Shown in pieces: positions 53,746 through 63,078 of a stretch of DNA of 64,000 bases. The translations under genes and the position numbers were made by a program. Source of the stretch: an uncultured Bradymonadales bacterium (lineage in GTDB: Bacteria > Myxococcota_A > Bradymonadia > Bradymonadales > Bradymonadaceae); assembly GCA_964394615.1 (NCBI GenBank), contig CAYMYJ010000012.1, forward strand, positions 68,223 to 132,222, given 5' to 3'. Each line of letters starts with the position of its first letter. Position 1 is the stretch's first letter. Below the pieces are notes generated by a model. It saw nothing but the letters and a program-made list of their open reading frames with translations, had not been told where the DNA came from and ran no database searches.

Positions 53746-55682
53746 CGTCGGTCGAAGCTGGTTTCGAGCTCAAAAAGTGGGATGCGGTAATAGACGGGAC
53801 GTCCATGTGGGCAGTTGGCTTTGAAGTCGATTTCATCCATCTGAACCAGGAGCGATTCCATCTCAGTTTGGCCAAGAACGGTGGGACCGCGCACCACGGA
53901 ATGGCAGGCCATGCGCGATAAAACGGACTCCATCGCTTCGTCGACCCGAGGCGTCCGCCCGAATTGAGCCAGGTCATCGATGGCGTCGATCACCATCACG
54001 GCATGTTTGGCTTTTTGCAGCACGGCTGGCACGGCTTTAATCGCAAAGGTGTTTCCACCAAAAGGGTCGATTTCAAAACCGGCATGTTCAAAAAACTCGA
54101 GGTTTTCCGCGAGAGTTTGTGCCCGCATGGCGTCGAGTTCCAGCCGCTGCGGGAAGAGCAGGGGCTGCACTTCTTTGTGGGTCGCCTCAAAGATTTTCTT
54201 GAGGCGCTCAAAGCCGATGCGTTCATGTGCCGCGTGCTGGTCGATGATGACCATGCCCGAGGCGTCCTCACACACGATGTACATGCGTTTGAATTGCCCG
54301 ATGACTTTCAGGCTCGAAAAATAATTTGCAGCAGTGGAGCCACCGACATCGCCTAGCGCAATTCTCGGAGGCTCGGAAAGTGGCGATGCGCCACGGGCAG
54401 CAAAGCCCTGCTGCAAGTCATCCAAGCCACCTGGAGGCCGGAAAAATGGTGAAAGTAGCTCGTCCGCAGCTGTTCTCGGGGCCCCAGGTTTGAGCTGCGA
54501 TAATCGGTCATGTCGCGCATTAAGGGGCTCAAAGGTCGCCATATCCGGCGAGAGCATTTTAGGGTCGTCGGAGTGGTCGGTCGACGACGACTTCATCACG
54601 TACGTTTTGGGGCTCTTTTCAAGCCACGGGGCGATCGCGAGCTGGTCAGCGATCGCGTGATATACCGCGCGAAAGATCGAGTTTGTGTCGTGAAAACGCA
54701 CTTCCGTTTTTGCGGGATGGACGTTCACATCGACCAACGAAAAGGGCACGTCTAGATAAAGAACCACGGAAGGATGTCGTCCTCGCTCCATCATCGTGCC
54801 GTAGGCCCCGCGAATGGCGGCGCGAACGGTGGAATCGCTAACGTAGCGGCCGTTCACAAACGTGTAGATATTGCCCGGCGAGCGTTGGGTGTGGCCGGGT
54901 TTCGAAAAATACCCGCGCGCCACCACGCCGTTGACTTCGGGGAACTCAAAGGTTGGGTAGAGGTCGTCGTACACATCTCGGCCCAGCACAGTCAGTATGC
55001 GGTCTTTGACGTCGTTGACCTCGGGCATGTCGAGGACGACCTTGCCGTCTTTTTTGAGTCGGATTCGAACGTCAGGGCGCGAGAGGCCGACGCGAATCAG
55101 GGCCTCCATCGTGTGACGTGCTTCGGTGCCTGGAGTTTTCATGAACTTCAGGCGAGCCGGTGTATTAAAAAAGAGGTCCTCGACCTTGATGATGGTTCCT
55201 GCGGCCATGCCTGCAGACTCGATCGAGTCCAAGTGGCCACCCTCAATCACGATTCTGGTGCCTTCGAGTTGGCCATGAAGTTTGGTGCGGATTTCCATGC
55301 GCGACACCGAGCCAATCGAGGGCACGGCTTCTCCGCGAAAGCCAAGCGTTCCGATCCGAAACAAATCGTCGACGTTTTTGATTTTACTGGTCGCGTGGCG
55401 TTCCAGCGCGCGCAGCGCGTCTTCGCGGGTCATGCCGCTGCCGTCGTCTTCGACCCGAATCAGCTGACGGCCACCGTCCTCGATCGAGACGTCTAATCGT
55501 GACGCACCGGCGTCCAGCGAGTTCTCGACGAGCTCTTTGACGACTGATGACGGACGTTCGACGACCTCACCCGCGGCGATTTGGTTGGCGAGCTCAGCGG
55601 GTAAAACAAGGACCCGCTGAGGCTCGCGCTGGAGATGCCTCATCGCAACATTTCGATAGGTTTCGGCCATGGTCTCGAACAC
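53742..55682 (-). CDS. mutL: DNA mismatch repair protein MutL
   Basis: N-terminal GHKL ATPase signature LANQIAAGEVVERPSSVVKELVENSLDAGA; C-terminal dimerisation domain. The true start may be a few codons internal to the ORF-track start. Confidence 0.85.
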   Translation of the reverse strand: MFETMAETYRNVAMRHLQREPQRVLVLPAELANQIAAGEVVERPSSVVKELVENSLDAGASRLDVSIEDGGRQLIRVEDDGSGMTREDALRALERHATSKIKNVDDLFRIGTLGFRGEAVPSIGSVSRMEIRTKLHGQLEGTRIVIEGGHLDSIESAGMAAGTIIKVEDLFFNTPARLKFMKTPGTEARHTMEALIRVGLSRPDVRIRLKKDGKVVLDMPEVNDVKDRILTVLGRDVYDDLYPTFEFPEVNGVVARGYFSKPGHTQRSPGNIYTFVNGRYVSDSTVRAAIRGAYGTMMERGRHPSVVLYLDVPFSLVDVNVHPAKTEVRFHDTNSIFRAVYHAIADQLAIAPWLEKSPKTYVMKSSSTDHSDDPKMLSPDMATFEPLNARHDRLSQLKPGAPRTAADELLSPFFRPPGGLDDLQQGFAARGASPLSEPPRIALGDVGGSTAANYFSSLKVIGQFKRMYIVCEDASGMVIIDQHAAHERIGFERLKKIFEATHKEVQPLLFPQRLELDAMRAQTLAENLEFFEHAGFEIDPFGGNTFAIKAVPAVLQKAKHAVMVIDAIDDLAQFGRTPRVDEAMESVLSRMACHSVVRGPTVLGQTEMESLLVQMDEIDFKANCPHGRPVYYRIPLFELETSFDRR

Positions 55683-55734
55683 AGAAGTTGCCTTTGTTTG
55701 TGCCCTGACTCGCGCCGACTGACAAGCATGGTCT

Positions 55735-56301
55735 CTAGTTCATCACCACGCGTTCACCCTTGAGTGCTCCAGAAATCACCTGTGCGTGGTCGGGATAATA
55801 TTCGCCCTGAAACTGGCAAACGAATTCAGGCGAAAGTCGTGCGGTATTGTGGCCGCGTCTGTAGGTGTGCCGCGCGGTGAGTTCTCCGGCCACATCGATA
55901 TCGTGATGCAGCTCGATCAGCGTGTCGACACGAAGGTCTTGTTCGACCATCAGTCCCCATTCACCGTGGGATTCCAGAACCATATTTCCGGAAACACAAA
56001 AGGTGCCGGTGACGAGTGCTGGCCCACTCAAAAAGACATGCTGGGCAATCACGTCATCCAACGCGATCAACATCCCCGGGCTCTCGGTTCGTTCGCACTG
56101 AAAGAGCCGTTTGGCGACGAGCCGATGCGGCATGATATGGATGCCCTGAACGTCAAAATCCCGTTCAAAGATGGGCGTTTCATGCAGAGTAATGGGATGA
56201 AACTGCGCCATGTACTCAAGCATGTTTACGGTCGTGTTTGAAAAAATGGTCGCATTACCTCTGACCAAACGAATCGCTTCGTCCAATTGGATCTGGTGCA
56301 T
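55735..56301 (-). CDS. Hypothetical protein (188 aa), function not recognised
   Basis: ORF-track only: no signal peptide and no recognised motifs; the segment HHDIDVAGE is His-rich. Appears as a coherent single ORF flanked by annotated genes. Confidence 0.4.
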   Translation of the reverse strand: MHQIQLDEAIRLVRGNATIFSNTTVNMLEYMAQFHPITLHETPIFERDFDVQGIHIMPHRLVAKRLFQCERTESPGMLIALDDVIAQHVFLSGPALVTGTFCVSGNMVLESHGEWGLMVEQDLRVDTLIELHHDIDVAGELTARHTYRRGHNTARLSPEFVCQFQGEYYPDHAQVISGALKGERVVMN

Positions 56302-56619
56302 GGGGTCCTCCTCGTTGCGTTATGTAAGTTTGAAACACACCTACATCGTCCGCACATTCCCGACATATTTCTGTTTTTTCAGTCAGCCTTATTCCATGCG
56401 GAAATAAACTTTTCGTTTTTGGGAATGCGACGTGAGAGGTCCATAATCCTTACAGTCTTGGTGTATTTTTCCACGCTTTTATAGGGGTTTAGGTCGAGCG
56501 TGTCGCCCGGGATGTTTTTGGCATTTTGAGGAGATTGGACTCGTCAATTTCCCTTGGAAACTCGTATCCTTTTGCATCGAGAAAACCACACTTCTTTTGT
56601 CGTGAAGAATAACGCGACG

Positions 56620-57387
56620 ATGCTTTCAGGCCTTAAAATGCACCGACTCTTGTTAATCTTGGCACTCCTGACCTTCGGGTGCGAAAAAGCGACTCCGCCA
56701 ACTTCGGTTGAGTCGCCCGTCGTCACAGATGAACTTGTTAAACCTGTTGAACCATTTGAACCTGTTGCAAACCCTGAGCCTGTGGCGCCACTCGCGATAC
56801 CCACGACCGCCGAGACAGCCTCTGGTCCGTGGGATAGTTCGGCCAGCCTGACGGCTTGGAAAGCCGAACTTCAAAGCGCGTTGGATAAGGGCGAATGGGA
56901 TGCCGCAACTGCCCTGCTCAAGAAAATGGACCCCGATGTTGGTGCCAAATTCCTAGAGAATCCCGAGTCGCAAAAAGTGGAGTCATTCGAGGGGCAACTT
57001 GATGCCGAAGAGCCCAAAGAAGTGGTGATTCAGGTGCGGCAACACGGCGAAATGGAAGGGACTGGCGAGCACGAAGACTTCTATTGGATTGGCGTGATTG
57101 GCGAGGTTGCGGGTAAGCGAAAACTGCTGGGTACGCATGTGCGGCCATTGCTTAACGTTTGCGAGTTTGCCGATCGGCCGGCGTTAACGCTTGGCTTCTC
57201 AAGCAAGACGCCCGGCCCTAAAGCTGCGCTCTGGGTGGTTGAACAGGACGTTCAATCGTGCGGAATGCTTGTCGAGGTGAACTACAAGAAGGTCGAATAC
57301 CGCGTCGAGGCTGGCAAGCTGGTGTCAAAGACACTTAGCGGACCGGCGTCGGTGGAGTTCGATCGCTCAGCAGGAGAAGAAGAGTAG
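56620..57387 (+). CDS. Putative lipoprotein (hypothetical)
   Basis: Internal start MLSGLKMHRLLLILALLTFGCEK (lipobox-like LTFGC); alternative start at 56638. Pro/Glu-rich linker followed by a globular domain. Confidence 0.5.
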   Translation: MLSGLKMHRLLLILALLTFGCEKATPPTSVESPVVTDELVKPVEPFEPVANPEPVAPLAIPTTAETASGPWDSSASLTAWKAELQSALDKGEWDAATALLKKMDPDVGAKFLENPESQKVESFEGQLDAEEPKEVVIQVRQHGEMEGTGEHEDFYWIGVIGEVAGKRKLLGTHVRPLLNVCEFADRPALTLGFSSKTPGPKAALWVVEQDVQSCGMLVEVNYKKVEYRVEAGKLVSKTLSGPASVEFDRSAGEEE

Positions 57388-57497
57388 TTCGTTCAGGTGG
57401 AGCCTGCATAACCTTCTGTTCGTATTCGCGTTTCAGCGTTTGTTGTTCTGGCTTCCTCGTCCGATTAGTCTCATCGAACTCGTCAAGCGGGGGTGCG

Positions 57498-58403
57498 ATG
57501 TTCAGATATTTTGGGGCGCTTATCTTCATGGCTTTGATGCTGCTGCCGACGTCGATTTGGGCGTTTTGCGGATACGCGTCGAACTCTATTTTTCTTCTCA
57601 GTCCTTCGCGAGAGATTGCCTTTAACGTTGGCGGTGTTCCGTTGCTGGAACCGGCGACCGAGTTCTTGGTGGAGCGCATTGCTGACGGTCATCAAACGTC
57701 CGTCGACTATGACGTTGTCGAATCCAATGTTGCGGGAATTTGGCTCATCCGTCCGATCGATTGGGAAGTCGGAAACTTCTACCGTGTCGAGCTTATCAAT
57801 CCAGGCAGGCACGCGGTCACGACGGTTCAAGTCGAAGAAGCATGGCCGTTCAACGAAGTCTCGATGGACATCGGCAATTTTCGAAACGGATACATGCAGG
57901 ATCCGAATCCGTACCAGGCTTATGACTTCTATTTTGGGGTAGACAGACCAGAGGGCAGTGACGGGTGGTTGTACTTGGTCGCGCAGGCCGTTGTAGACGG
58001 CGAGCCATTTGGTCCACAATGTTATGTGCTTGGCCTTTCTGAGTTTATCAAAGCATCGTGCGGTGGCGAATTACTCCCAGAGTATCTCCCAGGCGGTATC
58101 ACCTACGATGTATCGCTTAAAGTGACGATGATACGCGGTGAGACGAGGTTGGCGACAAATTCGGTTCCAGCCAATTTTGACTGTCTACTTCTCGACTTCA
58201 ACAACAACGCGATTTTTTATGAGACCAACAACGCACAGACCCATAATACGGAAACGAATAATGCCGGAACGAACCACACGCGAGCGACGGACTCTGGCAA
58301 TTCGAGTGCGGCGGCGGATGACGGTTGCTCGTCGGTGACGGGTCATGTCGAGGCGTTAGGGTTTTTGATTTTACTTGGGTTTCTGCGGCGATTCACATGC
58401 TAG
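57498..58403 (+). CDS. Secreted protein with MYXO-CTERM-like C-terminal sorting tag
   Basis: Signal peptide MFRYFGALIFMALMLLPTSIWA. C-terminus DDGCSSVTGHVEALGFLILLGFLRRFTC (GC motif, hydrophobic helix, RR). Confidence 0.55.
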   Translation: MFRYFGALIFMALMLLPTSIWAFCGYASNSIFLLSPSREIAFNVGGVPLLEPATEFLVERIADGHQTSVDYDVVESNVAGIWLIRPIDWEVGNFYRVELINPGRHAVTTVQVEEAWPFNEVSMDIGNFRNGYMQDPNPYQAYDFYFGVDRPEGSDGWLYLVAQAVVDGEPFGPQCYVLGLSEFIKASCGGELLPEYLPGGITYDVSLKVTMIRGETRLATNSVPANFDCLLLDFNNNAIFYETNNAQTHNTETNNAGTNHTRATDSGNSSAAADDGCSSVTGHVEALGFLILLGFLRRFTC

Positions 58404-58462
58404 ATACCGAGTGGCAAAAAACTCAGCCATGCGATTCGAAAAAGCGGCATTCATGCGGCGGA

Positions 58463-58957
58463 ATGCATGAAGCTGAGTTGACCTACACTAAGGGCCTCGT
58501 GCAGCGAGGTGTTCGTTGCTACTGCATGCGAAGCTTTGACGTCAGGTATTGGGGCTTGCTTCTGCTGGTGGTCGCGGCGAGCGCGGCTTATTTTTTCTTG
58601 GCGCTTCACGTCGAGGCTTGGATACTCACCATCATGGGGGTTTCGGTGGCGCTCGGGCTGGTTTTTCCCATACTGGTTTACGCAGTGCACTACCGAACAT
58701 CGATCAGGCGTTTCCGCCAGATGAGCGAACCCACCGTGCATTTCATTGCCGAGGCGGACACGTTCACGTTCTCGTCGTCGAGCTTCACTGCGGAACTCAG
58801 TGTGGGTGTCGTGACAGCGATTTGGAAGTGCAGCTCGGACCTTTGGGTTATCGCGTCCGAGCGCGGCTTCAATGTGTTGCCGATCGAGAGTGTGTCCCAA
58901 ACGATGCGCGCCTTCATCGAGGAATGCGTGCGGAATGCGGGGGGCCAGGTTCAATAA
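58463..58957 (+). CDS. Small membrane protein (YcxB-like topology); start uncertain
   Basis: Two adjacent TM helices (WGLLLLVVAASAAYFFLALHVEAWILTIMGVSVALGLVFPILVYAV) followed by a ~90-aa soluble tail. The ORF-track start overlaps the previous gene; start taken at an internal Met. Confidence 0.4.
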   Translation: MHEAELTYTKGLVQRGVRCYCMRSFDVRYWGLLLLVVAASAAYFFLALHVEAWILTIMGVSVALGLVFPILVYAVHYRTSIRRFRQMSEPTVHFIAEADTFTFSSSSFTAELSVGVVTAIWKCSSDLWVIASERGFNVLPIESVSQTMRAFIEECVRNAGGQVQ

Positions 58958-59012
58958 ACGCCGGACCAAACACGTGGCAAAATCTGCAGGCACCGTGTAG
59001 TGTCCTGCGCCG

Positions 59013-59999
59013 ATGAGCGATGCAAAAACAACATCTGTACTTGTGGTCTGTGGCCCAACGGGCGTCGGGAAATCCGCGTTTGCCTTGGCGGCGGCTGAGG
59101 CGTTGAACGCTGAAATCTTGAGCATCGACAGCCTGCAAGTTTATCGGGGGTTGGATATCGGCACGGCCAAGGCCTCTGCGGCTGATCGCGCTCGTGTGCC
59201 CCACCATATGATCGACATTCTGGAGCCCGACGCCGAATTTAATGTCGCCGACTTCATGGCCGCTGCCGATGCGGCGATTGCAGATATTCATGCCCGCGGC
59301 AAACGCGTGGTAGCGGTTGGCGGAACAAATCTGTACGTGCGGGTTTTTGTGCACGGCATCTTTGACGCGCCCGCGCCCGATTGGGATATTCGCGAGCGAC
59401 ATAAACGTGAGGCGGCCGAACACGGGATCGAATCGTTGCATAACGCCCTCGGGCAGATTGACCCGGACTTGGCGGCGCGTTTAGGCGTGAACGACCTGAT
59501 TCGGATTTCAAGAGGGCTCGAGGTTTTTGAACAAACCGGTCGGCGCCTCAGTGAATTACAGGCTGAACACCAGTTTGCGTCACCCCGATATCGCGCGTTA
59601 AAGATGGGCCTAAATCGTCCGCGAAAAGAACTGTATTCAAGGATCGACGACCGCGTCGACGCGATGTTTAAAGAGGGTTTTCAGGGGGAGTATCAGGCGT
59701 TGGTGGAACGTTTTGATCCCGGCTTGAAGCCCTTGTTATCTCTTGGATATCGTCATATGGGGCTGCATCAATTTCAGGGGATGGCCTTTGATGAGATGGT
59801 CACGCTCTTTAAGCGCGACACAAGACGGTTTGCAAAACAGCAGGTGTCTTGGTTGCGTTCTGAAAAAGGAATTCGCTGGGCCCTTGCCCCGCTGACGCAG
59901 AAAGATAGAATCCCCGCCGCAGTTCTCGAAGACCTTCATCGGTTTTTTGATGGCGGCGAACCACTCTTGGAGTGGACTCAGGCAGAATCAGAGTTTTAG
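59013..59999 (+). CDS. miaA: tRNA dimethylallyltransferase
   Basis: P-loop VVCGPTGVGKSAFAL, DSLQVYRGLDIGTAK, and overall MiaA collinearity. Confidence 0.9.
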   Translation: MSDAKTTSVLVVCGPTGVGKSAFALAAAEALNAEILSIDSLQVYRGLDIGTAKASAADRARVPHHMIDILEPDAEFNVADFMAAADAAIADIHARGKRVVAVGGTNLYVRVFVHGIFDAPAPDWDIRERHKREAAEHGIESLHNALGQIDPDLAARLGVNDLIRISRGLEVFEQTGRRLSELQAEHQFASPRYRALKMGLNRPRKELYSRIDDRVDAMFKEGFQGEYQALVERFDPGLKPLLSLGYRHMGLHQFQGMAFDEMVTLFKRDTRRFAKQQVSWLRSEKGIRWALAPLTQKDRIPAAVLEDLHRFFDGGEPLLEWTQAESEF

Positions 60000-60013
60000 T
60001 TTCAGGAAGTATC

Positions 60014-61126
60014 ATGACGGATCTCGTCGCCAAGCATATTCAGACCCTTAAGCCCTACCAGCCAGGCAAACCCATCGATGAACTTGAGCGCGAGCTCGGC
60101 ATCACGGGTTCGATCAAGCTTGCGAGCAACGAAAATCCGCTAGGGGCCAGTCCCAAAGCGGTCGAGGCGATGTCTGCGTTGGTTGCTGAAAGCAATATTT
60201 ACCCAGACGGCGCCGCTTATCGATTGCGTGAGCGAATTGCTCAGAAATTTGGCGCTAATATGCCCGAAGTCGTGATTGGCAACGGTTCAAACGAATTGCT
60301 GACTCTTCTGGTCCGTGCGTTTTGTCTGCCGGAACATAATGCCGTCGTTTCCGAGTTCGCATTTGTTGCGTATCGAGTCGTTTTGACGGCGGCCGGGATT
60401 CCGTTCAAGAGCGTGCCGGTGAAAGAGGGCTTCCATCAAGATTTGCAGGGCATGGTTGAGGCGTGTGACGAAAATACGCGCATCGTCTTTTTGGCGAATC
60501 CCAATAATCCGACCGGTACCTACGCGAATTACGACGAGCTGAAAGCGTTCATTAAAGCCGTGCCACCGCACGTGATTGTGGTGTTGGATGAAGCCTACAT
60601 CGAATACGCGCAGGCGCATGATTACGCGACTGCTCTTGAGTTTAGAGCGCTTCGCGATCGGTTGGTCGTGTGCCGCACTTTCTCGAAATGTTACGGCCTT
60701 GCCGGTGTTCGAGTCGGCTACGCCATTGGGCCAGCTGAGATGATGGATTACGTGAATCGAATCCGTGAGCCCTTCAATTGCAATTTGCTCGGTCAGGCCG
60801 GCGCTTTGGCGGCTCTGGATGACCTGGAATTTGTGCATGCCTCAGTCGAATGCAACGAGACCGGTCGAAAGGCGCTTGAAAAGGGCCTCGTCGACATGAG
60901 CAATTTGGGTGTCAAGTGGGTGCCTTCGCAGACTAACTTCTTGTTGGTTGAATTGCCCTGTGACGCGGACCCTGTCTACGAAGCGATGCTTCGACAAGGC
61001 GTGATTGTTCGGCCAATGGCCCCCTATGGATTGCCCAAACATCTGCGTATTACAATCGGTGCGCCCACAGAGGTTGAGCGTTGCATTGGTGCGCTGCGTG
61101 CGGCAATTTTCGAGGTGAATTCATGA
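60014..61126 (+). CDS. hisC: Histidinol-phosphate aminotransferase
   Basis: Start MTDLVAKHIQTLKPYQPGK...IKLASNENPLG; PLP-lysine region FSKCYGLAGVRVGY; 370 aa. Confidence 0.85.
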   Translation: MTDLVAKHIQTLKPYQPGKPIDELERELGITGSIKLASNENPLGASPKAVEAMSALVAESNIYPDGAAYRLRERIAQKFGANMPEVVIGNGSNELLTLLVRAFCLPEHNAVVSEFAFVAYRVVLTAAGIPFKSVPVKEGFHQDLQGMVEACDENTRIVFLANPNNPTGTYANYDELKAFIKAVPPHVIVVLDEAYIEYAQAHDYATALEFRALRDRLVVCRTFSKCYGLAGVRVGYAIGPAEMMDYVNRIREPFNCNLLGQAGALAALDDLEFVHASVECNETGRKALEKGLVDMSNLGVKWVPSQTNFLLVELPCDADPVYEAMLRQGVIVRPMAPYGLPKHLRITIGAPTEVERCIGALRAAIFEVNS

Positions 61127-61776
61127 TAGTTGCCATTGATGGACCAGCGGGAGCGGGCAAATCAACGATCGCCACCCAGGTGGCAAAACGGCTTGGATTG
61201 CAGCTGATCGACACCGGCGCGATGTATCGAGTGGTCGCCTATCTGGCCACGGCCGCCGGCATTCCGTTGGAAGACGAAAATCGTCTTGCTGAATTGGCGT
61301 CGGACCTGGATTTTTCGTTTGAATTTGTCGGCGACGAGAATCGAGCGTTTTGTAACGGAAAGCCGCTTGGAACCGAAATCCGTAGCGAGGAAGTCGGCAA
61401 AGCCGCGAGCATGGTTTCTCAGCATCCGGCGGTACGCGCCACGTTGGTGGCACTTCAACGCAAGATGGGACAGGCCCACGGAAGCGTGTTGGAAGGCCGC
61501 GATATCGGCACCGTGGTTTTCCCGGATGCAGATGTTAAAGTGTTTTTGACGGCTTCGTCCGACGAGCGTGCTCGTCGTCGAGTTGAACAATTGCGTGAGC
61601 GCGGTGAGCAGGCCGACCCTGAGCAGATTTTGGCGGATATTCGCGAGCGTGATGAACGTGACACGACCCGTGCTACGGCCCCGCTGATCGCTGCAGATGA
61701 TGCGGTCAAAATCGACTCGACCACCAATTCTATCGACGATGTTGTGGCTTCGATCGTGGCGCTCGCCGCGCATTGA
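61123..61776 (+). CDS. cmk: Cytidylate kinase
   Basis: MIVAIDGPAGAGKSTIA P-loop, LIDTGAMYR, 217 aa. Its start overlaps the hisC stop. Confidence 0.9.
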   Translation: MIVAIDGPAGAGKSTIATQVAKRLGLQLIDTGAMYRVVAYLATAAGIPLEDENRLAELASDLDFSFEFVGDENRAFCNGKPLGTEIRSEEVGKAASMVSQHPAVRATLVALQRKMGQAHGSVLEGRDIGTVVFPDADVKVFLTASSDERARRRVEQLRERGEQADPEQILADIRERDERDTTRATAPLIAADDAVKIDSTTNSIDDVVASIVALAAH

Positions 61777-61855
61777 GCGGTTCTTAGTTGTGATGGGCGG
61801 ACGTCTTTCTCCGGCATGGCCTCGTCATGCATCGCCCATGTCAGTAGAATTCAAT

Positions 61856-61877
61856 AGTGTCGAATGGACTCGACACT
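61856..61877. promoter_or_regulatory. Perfect 8-bp inverted repeat (AGTGTCGA-n6-TCGACACT) upstream of the AAA+ gene; a GTGTCGAAT half-site recurs 7 nt downstream
   Basis: Seen directly in the sequence. Position ~30-50 nt upstream of the 61906 start suggests an operator, or alternatively a cmk terminator. Confidence 0.3.
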
Positions 61878-61905
61878 ATTTGTGGTGTCGAATAGGCTCT
61901 GCACC

Positions 61906-63078
61906 ATGTCTAACTTATTAGAAATAGCGGCTAATTGGAGCTACTGGGACCGTGAGGTTCCTCCCTCAACGCCTCGAACGGTCGACTTGCCGAAGGAACT
62001 CAGTGCGAGGTATGCGCTGGTAATTCAGGGTGTGAGGCGTTGTGGCAAATCCACACTAATGAGCCAATTGATGGCGCGTTACGGTCTGCCCAAAGAGCAC
62101 AGTCTCTTCTTGAATTTGGAAGATCCACGCCTCGCTAACCTATTGCATTGGGAGACGCTCGACCAAATCGTGGAGGCGTTTGACGCCCAAATAGGCAGGC
62201 CAGGCGTCTATTTCTTTGATGAAATTCAAATTGTTGATGGGTGGGAAAAATGGCTGCGCACTCAACTGGACAACCCAAGAGGCAGGCGATTTGTAATTTC
62301 TGGATCTAACGCCCAAATGCTGTCGGGCGAACTGGGAACGACGCTAACCGGCAGGTATATTGCGGCCGAACTCTTTCCATTTGATTTCGACGAATTCGTT
62401 CGTGCACGGCCAGAAGCAACGCTTTTTGAATACCTTAAGGCTGGTGGGTTTCCCGAGCCTATGAAGACACCGGACGGTGATCTTCTGCTTCGACAGTACT
62501 TCTTGGATATCATCGAGCGTGATGTTCGCGAACGGGTTGGTGCAAGATCCAGTCTTCCGCTGCGCCAGCTCGTTCAAATGGTTTATGAATCTGCGGGTTC
62601 TGAGTTGAGTCATCGTCGTTTGGCGGGCGCCCTTGGGGTATCTGCAGATACGGTCGCTACCTATTTGGAGGCCACGGAGGCAGCCTATTTGGTCTTTTCG
62701 TGTCCATATTTCGATTGGTCGGCGCGCAAGCGCTTGGTTCGAAACACCAAGTTCTATCCAATCGACACAGGGTTACGGCGCGTCAGTGTGACAAAGACCG
62801 GTGCGGACAAAGGCAAGATGTTGGAGTGCGCGACATTCCTCCGACTTCGGCGTGAACATAAGAATGTTTTCTATTGGAGGGGCAAAGGCGAAGTTGATTT
62901 TGTTGTCGAGGAGAACAGGACACTGACGCCGATTCAGGTGACATGGGACGAGCCGTCCGAACGGCATATGCGCGCGCTTGACGATTTCTATTCGACATTT
63001 CAAAACACGAACGAAGCGGTCTTTGTTACGAAAGACAACTTCGCGTCATTGGGGTTAACCTCCAATGATGGACGATGA
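61906..63078 (+). CDS. AAA+ ATP-binding protein (AAA_14 / DUF4143 family)
   Basis: Walker A VIQGVRRCGKSTLM, Walker B VYFFDEIQ, and the family-typical C-terminal region. Confidence 0.75.
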   Translation: MSNLLEIAANWSYWDREVPPSTPRTVDLPKELSARYALVIQGVRRCGKSTLMSQLMARYGLPKEHSLFLNLEDPRLANLLHWETLDQIVEAFDAQIGRPGVYFFDEIQIVDGWEKWLRTQLDNPRGRRFVISGSNAQMLSGELGTTLTGRYIAAELFPFDFDEFVRARPEATLFEYLKAGGFPEPMKTPDGDLLLRQYFLDIIERDVRERVGARSSLPLRQLVQMVYESAGSELSHRRLAGALGVSADTVATYLEATEAAYLVFSCPYFDWSARKRLVRNTKFYPIDTGLRRVSVTKTGADKGKMLECATFLRLRREHKNVFYWRGKGEVDFVVEENRTLTPIQVTWDEPSERHMRALDDFYSTFQNTNEAVFVTKDNFASLGLTSNDGR

